Part shown: positions 48,991 through 58,469 of the stretch, piece after piece | How the letters are laid out: every line of letters starts with the position of its first letter | How positions within the stretch are numbered: the stretch's first letter is position 1 | Assembly (NCBI GenBank): GCA_964230645.1 | Contig: CAXRHT010000001.1 | Coordinates: 256,001 to 320,000 of the forward strand | Origin: Bdellovibrionales bacterium | GTDB taxonomy: Bacteria > Bdellovibrionota > Bdellovibrionia > Bdellovibrionales > JAGQZY01 | Direction of reading: 5' to 3' | DNA: 64,000 bases | Notes under the pieces: generated by a model | Databases searched by the model: none | Told to the model about the DNA's origin: nothing | Seen by the model: only the letters and a program-made list of their open reading frames with translations | Program-made: the position numbers and the translations under genes

Positions 48991-49297
48991 CACCCGCGTC
49001 ACCCCAGGGTACCTGCTTCCCGATGGTAGCGCTCATGCGTCACAAAGATGAACGACATCGGCTGTGCACAGCTAAAAGGTCCTGCCCCCCTAAGTGGAAC
49101 TCTCAATAAAAAAACAAGTCTGGATTCAATCAATATCTTCGAAATGAACTCAACTGATCCTATACGGTCAGCATGAACATCTTTGCATTTTTCTCGGGAA
49201 CGTGGACGGATAACGCGTATTAGCTACCATTGGGAAGCAGGTACCATGGGGTGACGCGGGTGAGTTACCTTTGGGAAGCAGGTACCTATTGGTGACG
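48991..49297. repeat. REPIN-like element with GGTACCTGCTTCCC-containing inverted arms
   Basis: 40-bp arms (48991-49030 and 49223-49262) with 2 mismatches, about 190-bp spacer, third degenerate arm at 49264-49297. Confidence 0.85.
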
Positions 49298-52201
49298 TTT
49301 TTTGTGGAATTTTAGGCGACGCTTGTGATTGCTTGTCACCGAGTCGATGCTGCGATCGGGAAAGGTGTCCTCTTCTATGACTGGGAAGGCACATTGGGTA
49401 GAGAACAAGCGATGCATACGAAAAGTCGAATACATCTGCCCCATCGATCTTTCAGCGGCAATTGTTTTGTCTTCTAGCTGCCAAGCCTCACCGGTAAAGA
49501 GATTGTAACGATTGTCTCTAAAGTAGTCATAAATCGGTTCGGTCACAGACTCGTTACAGTAAAGTTTTCTCACCCAATAACAAAAAAAGACTTCATTAGC
49601 GTCAAGATCACTGGGTACTTCGTCACTTTCTACGGCTTGATTAATCCCTGAACCTTGGCTTCGTAAATTTTTAGCAATGGCCAAACACTCTGGCGGTTGA
49701 TCAGAGCCCAAGGATGCTACGAGAGGCTCATGTCGCTCCTTCAAAGTTGTTTTAATAAGATCAATATGACTGTCTCGATTCACTTGAGCCAAAGCACTGA
49801 ATACTTTGAGCACATCGTGAGCATTGGCCTCTGTATTATTATAGGCACGATTTTCCATAAACTGGAGAAGAAGTGTCGCAAAGGAGGCTGTCTCTAAATC
49901 TAAGTTTCCAGAAGGAATACTTCCGCCACCAAGCAAATGAATAAATAATTTTCTCGCAATACAATGAGAGATCTCTTCATTGGAGAGCTCATCACTTCCG
50001 GTGGCCGACCACTTCGAACCGCATCGCCCTTCAAAAAGATTGCGGTTATCAGGAATTAATGTGGGTCGTTTTTCGCGAATCAGCTCGGCAATCATTGAGC
50101 GAAAATGCTCTTCGGCACGATTAAGTTCCTCGCCTTTAGCGATTCCGTAAGGAGACTCACGATCAAAAAGTGCAAAAACCGATTGAATGTAATAAGTCAC
50201 TGAAACAATGAAACGAATTTCACCGAGGTCATAAGGTTTACTCGTTAAAACTCCTGCTCTTGATGCATATTCCATGGACTCCAAGTAATCACGTCTGGTT
50301 TGAGCATCAGCTTCAGACCAGAAGTCCCGAATAATAGGAAGGTGATCAAAGAAACGTGCATAATTATCGAAAAGAAAAGATTTAAAACACTGCTTCTCTG
50401 TAACGGGGCGATGATGAACATCGGTGTAGTCTTCAAGGTGACAGGAGTCAGGAATGTCCTCATAGATTTTATCGGCCAACTGACCCGAGTTGAGAGCCAC
50501 TGTGACATACTCATAGCCCTCATAAAAATCCATATCGGCGTCATTTTGCATTTGGGTTGAAAAGTTATTTCCTTCCAGAAAAGCCTTGTTCCCAGAGTCG
50601 TAGACCCTAGAGTCCATAAAAGCCATTTCCACCCCAAGGATCCGCAAGACCTCATAAATCTCTTGAGCTTGAGCTTCAGAGATGGCGAAGTTATTTGGAT
50701 TGGTTTTATCCACGTTAAAGGGCTTCATGAAAACTTCAACGAGGAGAAACAGTGAATTAGACACTGTCATTTCATTGTATGTAAACTGAGTCATATTTTG
50801 AGAAAAAAGCACACGGTTGGATTCATCCCATTGATGCAACGAAATTTCTTTTAAAGCATTGGTCCATTCAACCAATAAAGGATTTTCCGCATAAGGGCTC
50901 TCTAACTCCACCAATGAAACCGTGTCGCCGGGTGACAACTCAGCGAGCTCATTAGCTAATCTTTGGCGCTCCATCCACTTCCCAAACATTTGCTTGAGGT
51001 AAACGACTTTGTTTCGAGTTAGAGCTGCATCTCCCTGATTACTAGGGTCGAACCATTTTTCGGAAAGATCTTCCATGAAAACGCTCAAGGTTGATGAGGA
51101 CAGACTTCCTGTCATGAGGCCCGCTGTGTCGAGAGCCATAATGAGATCATGGATTTTGTAGTAAGGTATTTTCTGATCTTCTCTGGTTTGAATCGCATAG
51201 GTCAGAACCACTTCTGCCATTTGAACCATGTCAGCAACAGCTTCTAAAGAAACTGTTTTTAGCTGAGAGGAGTCATGCAGAAAGGAAGGAATGCGCGTCA
51301 AAAATGAAGCCACATGGCCGATGTTGGTAAAGATTGATTTTTCATCTTGTCCCTTTACAAAGTACTCAAATTGAGCGATCGCCTCATAGGTCACGATTCC
51401 CTGACGAACAAAAAAAGATAAATTGTTTCGATAAAGCTCTCCTCCGGTATCATCAAGAGCCATATTTTTAAATGCTACTACAAGAGGGATCATTTTCATC
51501 TTGTCTTCATAGCTATCAAAGAACATTTCCTTAAAAATAAAACTTAGAACGTCCTCCATCGAAATACTGCGATGACCCCGGTAATCGTTAAGAGTATTAA
51601 GCAGTGTTCCTACCTCTGCTTTAAAAACAGCAAAGGCTTCTTTGAAACGAGCATAATCTTCAGGAGTTCTATCAAGACTTTCTTTTTGTAAGAGCACCTG
51701 TCGATGGGGTAGTATTTTTTTAAGGAGCTCTCCCACCTGAGGAATAATGTCTTTAATGATCTCCAACTCTTCTTTAGTGAACGTATCTGTGGTTCCACCT
51801 ATTAGAAAACCTTTAATCTTTACGTATTCAGTTACCTGCTGAAGGGAGAGATTAATATTGGAATAAAACTCAGTGATAAAATTATGGAAAATATCGGGAG
51901 TGTATCCCCTCACACCAGAGCGACCACTGGTAGTATTCTTATTGAACGAGGTAATCGCTTCTTGATAACACTCAACAGTGCGGTCGATATTTTGCTCAGT
52001 AACCACATCGGCGCGATCTCCGTCAAAATAGGAACTCAAAACGGTGTTGGCACTGGAAAGGCAGCCTCCCACCTGATCATCAAAGTTTACCTCTGTTTCT
52101 ATTTGTTTCTCATCAAAAAAGTAAGAACATTGGTTGATGCCTAAAACAAGGGTAATCAGAAATAAAATGTGAGTCATTTGCTTCAATGTTTTAGAACGCA
52201 T
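49286..52201 (-). CDS. Large helical hypothetical protein, probable lipoprotein
   Basis: About 970-aa ORF with hydrophobic signal ending INQC; no catalytic motif recognised. Confidence 0.7.
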   Translation of the reverse strand: MRSKTLKQMTHILFLITLVLGINQCSYFFDEKQIETEVNFDDQVGGCLSSANTVLSSYFDGDRADVVTEQNIDRTVECYQEAITSFNKNTTSGRSGVRGYTPDIFHNFITEFYSNINLSLQQVTEYVKIKGFLIGGTTDTFTKEELEIIKDIIPQVGELLKKILPHRQVLLQKESLDRTPEDYARFKEAFAVFKAEVGTLLNTLNDYRGHRSISMEDVLSFIFKEMFFDSYEDKMKMIPLVVAFKNMALDDTGGELYRNNLSFFVRQGIVTYEAIAQFEYFVKGQDEKSIFTNIGHVASFLTRIPSFLHDSSQLKTVSLEAVADMVQMAEVVLTYAIQTREDQKIPYYKIHDLIMALDTAGLMTGSLSSSTLSVFMEDLSEKWFDPSNQGDAALTRNKVVYLKQMFGKWMERQRLANELAELSPGDTVSLVELESPYAENPLLVEWTNALKEISLHQWDESNRVLFSQNMTQFTYNEMTVSNSLFLLVEVFMKPFNVDKTNPNNFAISEAQAQEIYEVLRILGVEMAFMDSRVYDSGNKAFLEGNNFSTQMQNDADMDFYEGYEYVTVALNSGQLADKIYEDIPDSCHLEDYTDVHHRPVTEKQCFKSFLFDNYARFFDHLPIIRDFWSEADAQTRRDYLESMEYASRAGVLTSKPYDLGEIRFIVSVTYYIQSVFALFDRESPYGIAKGEELNRAEEHFRSMIAELIREKRPTLIPDNRNLFEGRCGSKWSATGSDELSNEEISHCIARKLFIHLLGGGSIPSGNLDLETASFATLLLQFMENRAYNNTEANAHDVLKVFSALAQVNRDSHIDLIKTTLKERHEPLVASLGSDQPPECLAIAKNLRSQGSGINQAVESDEVPSDLDANEVFFCYWVRKLYCNESVTEPIYDYFRDNRYNLFTGEAWQLEDKTIAAERSMGQMYSTFRMHRLFSTQCAFPVIEEDTFPDRSIDSVTSNHKRRLKFHKKRHQ

Positions 52202-53543
52202 AATGAGCCCCCACGAAACATCGATCATTATTAAGATATGTACTCATAAAATCCTGGGCTACAATGGTTTCCTCATTGCCACCAAAAAAATCACACTTAC
52301 TGAAAGCTTCAATACCTTTGTGGATAGACCAGCGGATATCGGCACTAATCCAACTGTTATCACGCACTAAACTCTGGTTATAGGACACACTCGTTCGCAC
52401 AAGGTAGAGACTTTTTGACCGAAACATAAGACCCATCCAGCGAACTCGAAAAGCCTCATCAAAGCGGTTCCTCTTTGCAAAAGCAGAAATTTGAGATCCA
52501 TTGGTGTTACCGGCTAACTCATTGGGTTCTCGGTCTGTGCGGATGTATCCAAGAGAGAGTTTATGAGCCTTTGTCAGTCGAATAATTTGAGTGAGGGAAT
52601 AAATGTCTTGCTCAGGGATTACCGGATAGAGGCTTCCTTCTGGCGCGTCGTAACGGACATCGGATTCATGCATATATGACAAGACTGTTTTTGCTGATTT
52701 AAAATTCCAACCGATATCAGCTCCGTAAACAGTATGCCTTGGCACTCTCGGATAAACGGTGATGTCCCCGTTTTGGGTGCTCAGGTTAAGTTGTCCGGTG
52801 AAGGGTAAAACCAAATCATTTCGTGGTTTATCCATGATAAAAAGATTAAACAGACTGTCTTTTTTGTTTCTTGGAGTGCTGATTTGAGCCGCAAAGGTGT
52901 CCTGCCTAATGACGTCTTGAGCCTTGGGCAAATCAATTTGATAGTTAAGATCCACTTTTCTTCCTGAAAAGTTAATCACTTCTACAGGCTCACTAAACCA
53001 AGGGTTTGTTGCTGTCAGATTTCCGTTGATCAGTTCGTAAGAGGGGCCTTGAGAAGGTATAAACAAAGGCGAATAAAGGGCTGTGAACTCAAGCTTATTT
53101 TTTATGAGCGGAATGGTTCCGAAAAGCCCCACCAACCCTTGTATCTCTGGGCGAGCCTCATCCCAACGAAAATTAGGTTGGGTTAGTCCCATGTTCCAGT
53201 AATCATCAGAAAAAGACCACGGATGAATGGCGCGACCAATAGTAAAATAGGCCTCACCTTTTTGGCCGATACGATAGAAAAACTGTGGAGCCTTGATGTA
53301 AGAAGCGGCATTTTCGCCAACAAGGCCTCCCGCTCCTACGTCAAACCATAGCTTAGAATTGGACCATTTGTTTTGGATCAATAAATTGACAAAGCCCTGA
53401 CCATTATTGGCACTCTCTCTAGTAAAATAGAAATCTCCACCGATTCCCACATCTACAATAGAGCCAAACTCGCCATATATTGTCTGTGAAAACAGAGAAA
53501 AAAGCACGATTGCGCAAAAAGATCGAAAACCAAGCGGCTTCAT
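52191..53543 (-). CDS. Putative outer-membrane beta-barrel protein
   Basis: Signal peptide, amphipathic strands, terminal GAHYAF beta-signal; start uncertain (53543 or 53591). Confidence 0.65.
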   Translation of the reverse strand: MKPLGFRSFCAIVLFSLFSQTIYGEFGSIVDVGIGGDFYFTRESANNGQGFVNLLIQNKWSNSKLWFDVGAGGLVGENAASYIKAPQFFYRIGQKGEAYFTIGRAIHPWSFSDDYWNMGLTQPNFRWDEARPEIQGLVGLFGTIPLIKNKLEFTALYSPLFIPSQGPSYELINGNLTATNPWFSEPVEVINFSGRKVDLNYQIDLPKAQDVIRQDTFAAQISTPRNKKDSLFNLFIMDKPRNDLVLPFTGQLNLSTQNGDITVYPRVPRHTVYGADIGWNFKSAKTVLSYMHESDVRYDAPEGSLYPVIPEQDIYSLTQIIRLTKAHKLSLGYIRTDREPNELAGNTNGSQISAFAKRNRFDEAFRVRWMGLMFRSKSLYLVRTSVSYNQSLVRDNSWISADIRWSIHKGIEAFSKCDFFGGNEETIVAQDFMSTYLNNDRCFVGAHYAF

Positions 53544-53726
53544 CTTCGCCCAAATCCTTCTAAACTGCTGAATTCTCAATAAAAAAGTCATACGCCCTAT
53601 TAATGTGCGAGAACCGTTCCACTCAGCCCCCCGTTATTTTGTTCTCAAAATCGAACACATTTAGAAAGTGTCTAAACTTTTGACAATAAATTTTGCCTGT
53701 CGATTTTCTAAACCTCATTAAAAACT

Positions 53727-53764
53727 AAAAAAGGGACACGGCACTGTCAGTGTTGTGTCCCTTT
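53727..53764 (-). terminator. Intrinsic terminator
   Basis: AAAGGGACACGGCACT/AGTGTTGTGTCCCTTT stem; the A-run gives a U-tail on the minus strand. Confidence 0.85.
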
Positions 53765-53786
53765 GATGTTCAATTTCTTATAAAAC

Positions 53787-54512
53787 TTAGAGGAAAAAGC
53801 GCACTCTCACGCGAAGCCTAGAGGTTTGGTTTCTTCTGTGATGGTGAGTGGTGTATCCCCAACCATGCTGCCAGCTATAGTTCCAGCGACGGCTAACGGG
53901 ACGGTAACAGCGACCTCTTCGGTAGATGTAACGATAGGTACAACGCTGAAACCCATAAAAACGGTGACGAGCCGGCGTGAAAGGACGTCGCTGCCAACGG
54001 TGACGGTAGTTATTCGGTCTCCAGCCATCGCGGTCATGATGACGACGGCGGAAGCGACGATGATCACGGTCTCTGTCACGGCCACGATCGCGATCTCTAA
54101 AATCTCTGTCTCCACGGCGACGATCGCGGTCTCTAAAGTCGCGATCACGATCTCCTCCGCGGCGACGGTCATCACCAAAGCGATCTCTATGATCTTGCTC
54201 GGAAAGAAAAGCCGAAGAGTTTTCTACGGATTCAAAATCAATTTCATCATCTAATTCAAATTGGGAAATATCAGTCCACTCAGCATTCTCGGCCGCTAAT
54301 TGCGCTTGCTCAGGGGTATCAAATTGCCCCTCAAGAATAGCCACTTCTGTCATGCCTTCTTGCTCAGTGCCATCCACATCTTCGAAAGTTCGAACGGCTA
54401 ACACAGCTCCTTCTTCCAAGGTGTTTGCTGCATCTGAATCTTGCTTCCCCCCACAGGCAGCCAAAGTCACTAAACCCGAAAGTAATAGAGTTATCTTTTT
54501 AAGGTTGTTCAT
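53787..54512 (-). CDS. Lipoprotein with acidic N-half and Arg/Asp-repeat, Arg-rich C-half
   Basis: AAGGAG RBS before ATG at 54512; lipobox LAAC; RDRD repeats; own terminator. Confidence 0.75.
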   Translation of the reverse strand: MNNLKKITLLLSGLVTLAACGGKQDSDAANTLEEGAVLAVRTFEDVDGTEQEGMTEVAILEGQFDTPEQAQLAAENAEWTDISQFELDDEIDFESVENSSAFLSEQDHRDRFGDDRRRGGDRDRDFRDRDRRRGDRDFRDRDRGRDRDRDHRRFRRRHHDRDGWRPNNYRHRWQRRPFTPARHRFYGFQRCTYRYIYRRGRCYRPVSRRWNYSWQHGWGYTTHHHRRNQTSRLRVRVRFFL

Positions 54513-54710
54513 AATCACTCCTTTGTTTGCAAAATCAGCTCTATCTTCGGCAAAAGGGCGCAACAACGCTTTTCTCGGAGGTATGTATTCTTTACAAACT
54601 ATCATTCTTCTATTTTCTCAACACAGCGCACTAAGTGCCTATGCTAAAAACTTAAGCATTGACTGATTCCATTACTTTCCGGAGGATTTTTCGCCAGTGG
54701 ACTAAAACAT

Positions 54711-54883
54711 GTTGTCTTGAGTGACCTGTCGCCTTGAGCGCTCTGTAGCCTAGAGTGCTCTGTCGTCTTGAGCTAAGCGAAAGACCTAAGATCCTTCGCT
54801 ACGCTCAGGATGACAGAGACGCCACACTTGGGATGACAAAGACGCTGCGCTTAGGATGACAAAGACGATTTATTCAAGATGAC
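54711..54883. repeat. GTC-tagged REP-like cluster 5
   Basis: Head-to-head core 54762-54814 flanked by three 17-bp units (left) and three 23-bp units (right). Confidence 0.92.
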
Positions 54884-54892
54884 TTTCTGATT

Positions 54893-55582
54893 TTATGAAG
54901 ACGGGAGAACATCCGAGATGATGCTCTTTGCTCCCCTCTGGAGATAGGTTTTGGCTTTTTCTGTATCGTTGACTGTCCAAACCATAAGAGGCTTTCCAAA
55001 AGTGAGTAAGCGTTCACGAGTCACCTTGTGATCAATCAACTTATAGGAACAGTTAATATAATCGGGCTTACCAAGGGCCATAGAAATACGAAAGCTCGAA
55101 GCCATAAGCGCTTTGGGGTCTCCAATAATTTGAGCTCGAGTAATTTCTGGGAGAAAACGCTTGGCCCAATAAAGCACCATGGGATTAAAAGAAGAGATCA
55201 TAACTTTCTTACTGGTTTTGGACCCGGCAATAACTTTACAAACTCTCCTGGTTAAACCTAGACAAAGCAAATCGATGCTTTTGATCTCTATGTTCACAGC
55301 CTTTGGAACTCGTTTGTTTTTTAAGACATCTATGAGTGTGGGAATATTTAAACCGGAAAGCTCTTCACTTTTTAGGCGGGTCACTCTTTTATCAATATGA
55401 AAAAAGCGCTTTAAAGTCCAATCGTGATAGACATGGGGAATGCCGTCGAGACTCACCTGCACATCAAATTCCACCATGTCGATACCTTGCTCGAAGGCTT
55501 TTTCAAAAGCCTCCATGGTGTTCTCACGCACACCACTTTTCCAATAGCCTCGATGCATTTGCCATTTTGGAAAGCTCATCAA
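54893..55582 (-). CDS. Glycerophosphodiester phosphodiesterase
   Basis: HRG....ENT..AF, VEFDVQ, HD.TL.R, NIEIK, SSFNP, VWTVND and IISD motifs. Confidence 0.92.
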   Translation of the reverse strand: MMSFPKWQMHRGYWKSGVRENTMEAFEKAFEQGIDMVEFDVQVSLDGIPHVYHDWTLKRFFHIDKRVTRLKSEELSGLNIPTLIDVLKNKRVPKAVNIEIKSIDLLCLGLTRRVCKVIAGSKTSKKVMISSFNPMVLYWAKRFLPEITRAQIIGDPKALMASSFRISMALGKPDYINCSYKLIDHKVTRERLLTFGKPLMVWTVNDTEKAKTYLQRGAKSIISDVLPSS

Positions 55583-57684
55583 GCCCCTTTAGTAGCTGGT
55601 GCTTTGGAGGGTCTCGAGCTACTCTTGGGAAGAGTTTCCTCCGAAAAAGGTTCAAGGCTTATATCGGCGTGTTCTTCAACAAATTGGGGGTGCTCTTGTA
55701 GCCAATCACGCACCCAGGCTGTTTTAGGATGCCAGCGTCCCTCGAAAAAGGGCCCCTTGAAGTCCCAGCGTAGGTATTTCCCATCTTCTGGTCGATCCCA
55801 CTGCAACCAAGCTACAACCTGACGATCGCGATTTCTCTGCCCTTCACTGGAAAGTTGCCATCCATTCTTTAGGCGAGCGTAGCCTCTTTTCCATTCAACT
55901 TTACGAGATTCAAAGATTGTAAGTCGAGTGGAGAGTTCCCGGAACTCCACATTTTCTCCTTGCCAGTCTTTATCAAGATGAGTGGGCCGCACCCACTTGA
56001 GGAAAGGGGTTTCCTTTTTCAAATAGCCCTCTGAGATATTAACTTGCACCTGGGAGGTGTCCTGATCCCTCTTCTCACCCTTCACCTTAAGATTTTTAAA
56101 TACATAGTCATCAGACTTCAGTTCGGGAGTTGCCAGAAGAGCCGACCATTCATTGATCTCACCTTCCGAGATTTCAAATTTTCCATAGACTCTGAGTTGA
56201 GCCGGCCGGGATTTAAGCATGAGTTTATAGATTCTATCGTTGAGCAAAAGTTGATGAATAGCGATACGGCCCTTGGCTTTTTCCTCTTCCCCTTCAAGCT
56301 CCATCTGAATATCGCCCGTAAATTGCCCCTCTTCCAACTCCACATCATTTATTTTAGCTTTCCAAGATTTGGGACGTCCCTGAATTTCAAAAGGGAGCTT
56401 TTTTAACTTTTGGACATCTCGCAAATTGTTGTTGGAAAATAAAATCTGTGAGTTTTCCAGGTGGCCTTTTATTTTGTATAACTTGTCTTTGAGTAAGACC
56501 TGACCGGACAAAATCCCAAACTCAGCTAAGACTCCTGAAAAAAGAAGATCTCTTTTTTCCTTCATGATCTCATCGAGATCGAGCTTGTTCACTTCAATTT
56601 CAAATTGCCTTTGATCCTTAAAAGACGCCTGCCAATTTTTGATCTGGATTTCTCCATAAGGTCCATTGAGTTCACAAAGTCCAAACTCCCAATCCTTTTC
56701 TTTCGCTTTCTGCCATGGACTTTCTAGACGGCCGGAACAACTCGCCCACAAATAACTCAATTTCATATCAGAATCGAGGAGCTCGGAGAAGGCCGAAACT
56801 GGGAGTCGATTCATATCAAAGCTTATCGATAGCGGCCAATCTTTCTTTCTTTGAAGTCTGGACTTAACTTGGAAACGCCCCTCTCTAATTTTATTTTTCA
56901 ACTCCAATGAAATCTCTTCGTCATTAACTAGCAAACGTCCGGAGGTATAGAGGGAATCAAGATCGGCACCCTTGTAAGATAATTGATCCACCGCAAATTT
57001 AATCTTCAACTCCTGTTCCTTTTTAGCCTCAAATTTCCCCGCCATAAAAAGCTTCTCGTTGACGTCTATGTATTCATTCCATCGAACCTCAGCGATTGCT
57101 ATTTTTCGAACAGGAATCTTTTTAATTTCAGGCCATAGGTTTTTATAGAAATTTTGGACCTTTTCTGTCTGAAATAGATCTCCCTCTTTTTCTTGGGAGC
57201 GCTGTTTTCTTTCTGCCTTTTTCTTTCCCTTAGGAGAGTCAATGTCGTTTTTCGCAACAGTCTCCCTGGAGGCTTCACAAACTTGGTAGTGACTTCCCTC
57301 TAGAAGTTTGACCTCAATACGCCCGGGCTCAAATTTCCCTTGAATCATCTTTAGAAAATCAAAAACAACAAGAAAGCTCTGGATCTTCAGTGAGTTACTT
57401 GCACAATTCTTATCACTTAACTCGATTCGAGGAACATGAATAGCAACAACCGGAATCCACCCTGAATGGAACTGGAAGTAAGCCTCATTCACTTCAAGCT
57501 CATAACCCTCTGGACTATCGAGTTGGCTCGCTATTTTCTCTTGTAAAGGAATACTGGCAATAAGGACGCGAGTGGATAGACCACAGAATAGAACCACTCC
57601 AAAAATGATAAAAAACCTTAAAAGGGATTTTCGAAAGGCGATTTCTTGTTTCTGTCGTGATCGGGGGCGGTCGCGTCGAGCCAT
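55579..57684 (-). CDS. Membrane-anchored beta-rich hypothetical protein (possibly AsmA-like)
   Basis: Single N-terminal TM helix followed by about 650 aa of amphipathic beta-strand pattern. Confidence 0.55.
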   Translation of the reverse strand: MARRDRPRSRQKQEIAFRKSLLRFFIIFGVVLFCGLSTRVLIASIPLQEKIASQLDSPEGYELEVNEAYFQFHSGWIPVVAIHVPRIELSDKNCASNSLKIQSFLVVFDFLKMIQGKFEPGRIEVKLLEGSHYQVCEASRETVAKNDIDSPKGKKKAERKQRSQEKEGDLFQTEKVQNFYKNLWPEIKKIPVRKIAIAEVRWNEYIDVNEKLFMAGKFEAKKEQELKIKFAVDQLSYKGADLDSLYTSGRLLVNDEEISLELKNKIREGRFQVKSRLQRKKDWPLSISFDMNRLPVSAFSELLDSDMKLSYLWASCSGRLESPWQKAKEKDWEFGLCELNGPYGEIQIKNWQASFKDQRQFEIEVNKLDLDEIMKEKRDLLFSGVLAEFGILSGQVLLKDKLYKIKGHLENSQILFSNNNLRDVQKLKKLPFEIQGRPKSWKAKINDVELEEGQFTGDIQMELEGEEEKAKGRIAIHQLLLNDRIYKLMLKSRPAQLRVYGKFEISEGEINEWSALLATPELKSDDYVFKNLKVKGEKRDQDTSQVQVNISEGYLKKETPFLKWVRPTHLDKDWQGENVEFRELSTRLTIFESRKVEWKRGYARLKNGWQLSSEGQRNRDRQVVAWLQWDRPEDGKYLRWDFKGPFFEGRWHPKTAWVRDWLQEHPQFVEEHADISLEPFSEETLPKSSSRPSKAPATKGA

Positions 57685-57703
57685 TCCCCCACTTTAAGGA
57701 GTC

Positions 57704-58186
57704 TTATTCAAAAATCAATTCTAAAATTTCATATTCTTTTTCGCCACGAGGACTCGCAACGGTGGCAATATCTCCCACTTTTTTGCCGATCAGAGCGCGA
57801 GCGATTGGAGAAAGGATGGAGATGTATCCGTTTTTAACATCGGCTTCATCAACTCCTACGATCTGATAGGTCACCTCATCTTCAGTGTCGAGATCCATCA
57901 TTTTCACTTTGGCACCAAAGACGACTTTCTCACCACTTAAAGTGGAGGGGTCAACGATCTCCGCTCCCGCCAGTTTACTTTGAATATCTTGGATACGACC
58001 TTCTACGAGAGCTTGCTTTTCTTTAGCTGCGTCATATTCGGCGTTTTCGCTGAGGTCCCCGTGAGAGCGCGCCTCTTCAATTTGTTTGATCACTTCTGGT
58101 CGCTCCACATGAATCAGCTTTTTAAGCTCCTCGTCTAGTAACTTTTTGCCTCGAACCGTCAAAGGTAATGTGGTCGACATAATCAA
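57704..58186 (-). CDS. greA: Transcription elongation factor GreA
   Basis: AR.HGDLSENAEY.AAKE, YQIVG.DEAD and SPIARALIGK motifs. Confidence 0.97.
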   Translation of the reverse strand: MIMSTTLPLTVRGKKLLDEELKKLIHVERPEVIKQIEEARSHGDLSENAEYDAAKEKQALVEGRIQDIQSKLAGAEIVDPSTLSGEKVVFGAKVKMMDLDTEDEVTYQIVGVDEADVKNGYISILSPIARALIGKKVGDIATVASPRGEKEYEILELIFE

Positions 58187-58469
58187 ACTCCTTCCACTAT
58201 TGGAAATAAATTGAAATTCCGTTTATAACGAAAGAGTTTAATCCTAGCAATGATTTATAGAAATTATTATAGTATTAGTAGGTCAATTGGCCCTAGCGTT
58301 GACTGATTTTCTTGAGAGAGCAGGTGAAGCCCTTAGAGCAGCGAGGACTTTGCTTAAAACCGGCTCAGCCCTATTATCGAGGCTCGGCTCTGGTTTACGA
58401 TTTTCGCCCATTTGAGAAAGTATGGGGGCCACTAGAAATGCGAGCATTGGAATAACGAGAGGTCCTGTC

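Noticed and set aside
53807..54254. Open frames overlapping the RD-repeat gene, and likewise at 42872-43452
   Set aside because: Low-complexity coding DNA lacks stops in other frames; no independent evidence for dual coding.
58310..58420. M-box riboswitch upstream of mgtE
   Set aside because: Only AGGTGAAGC resembles the motif; the other conserved blocks are not visible.
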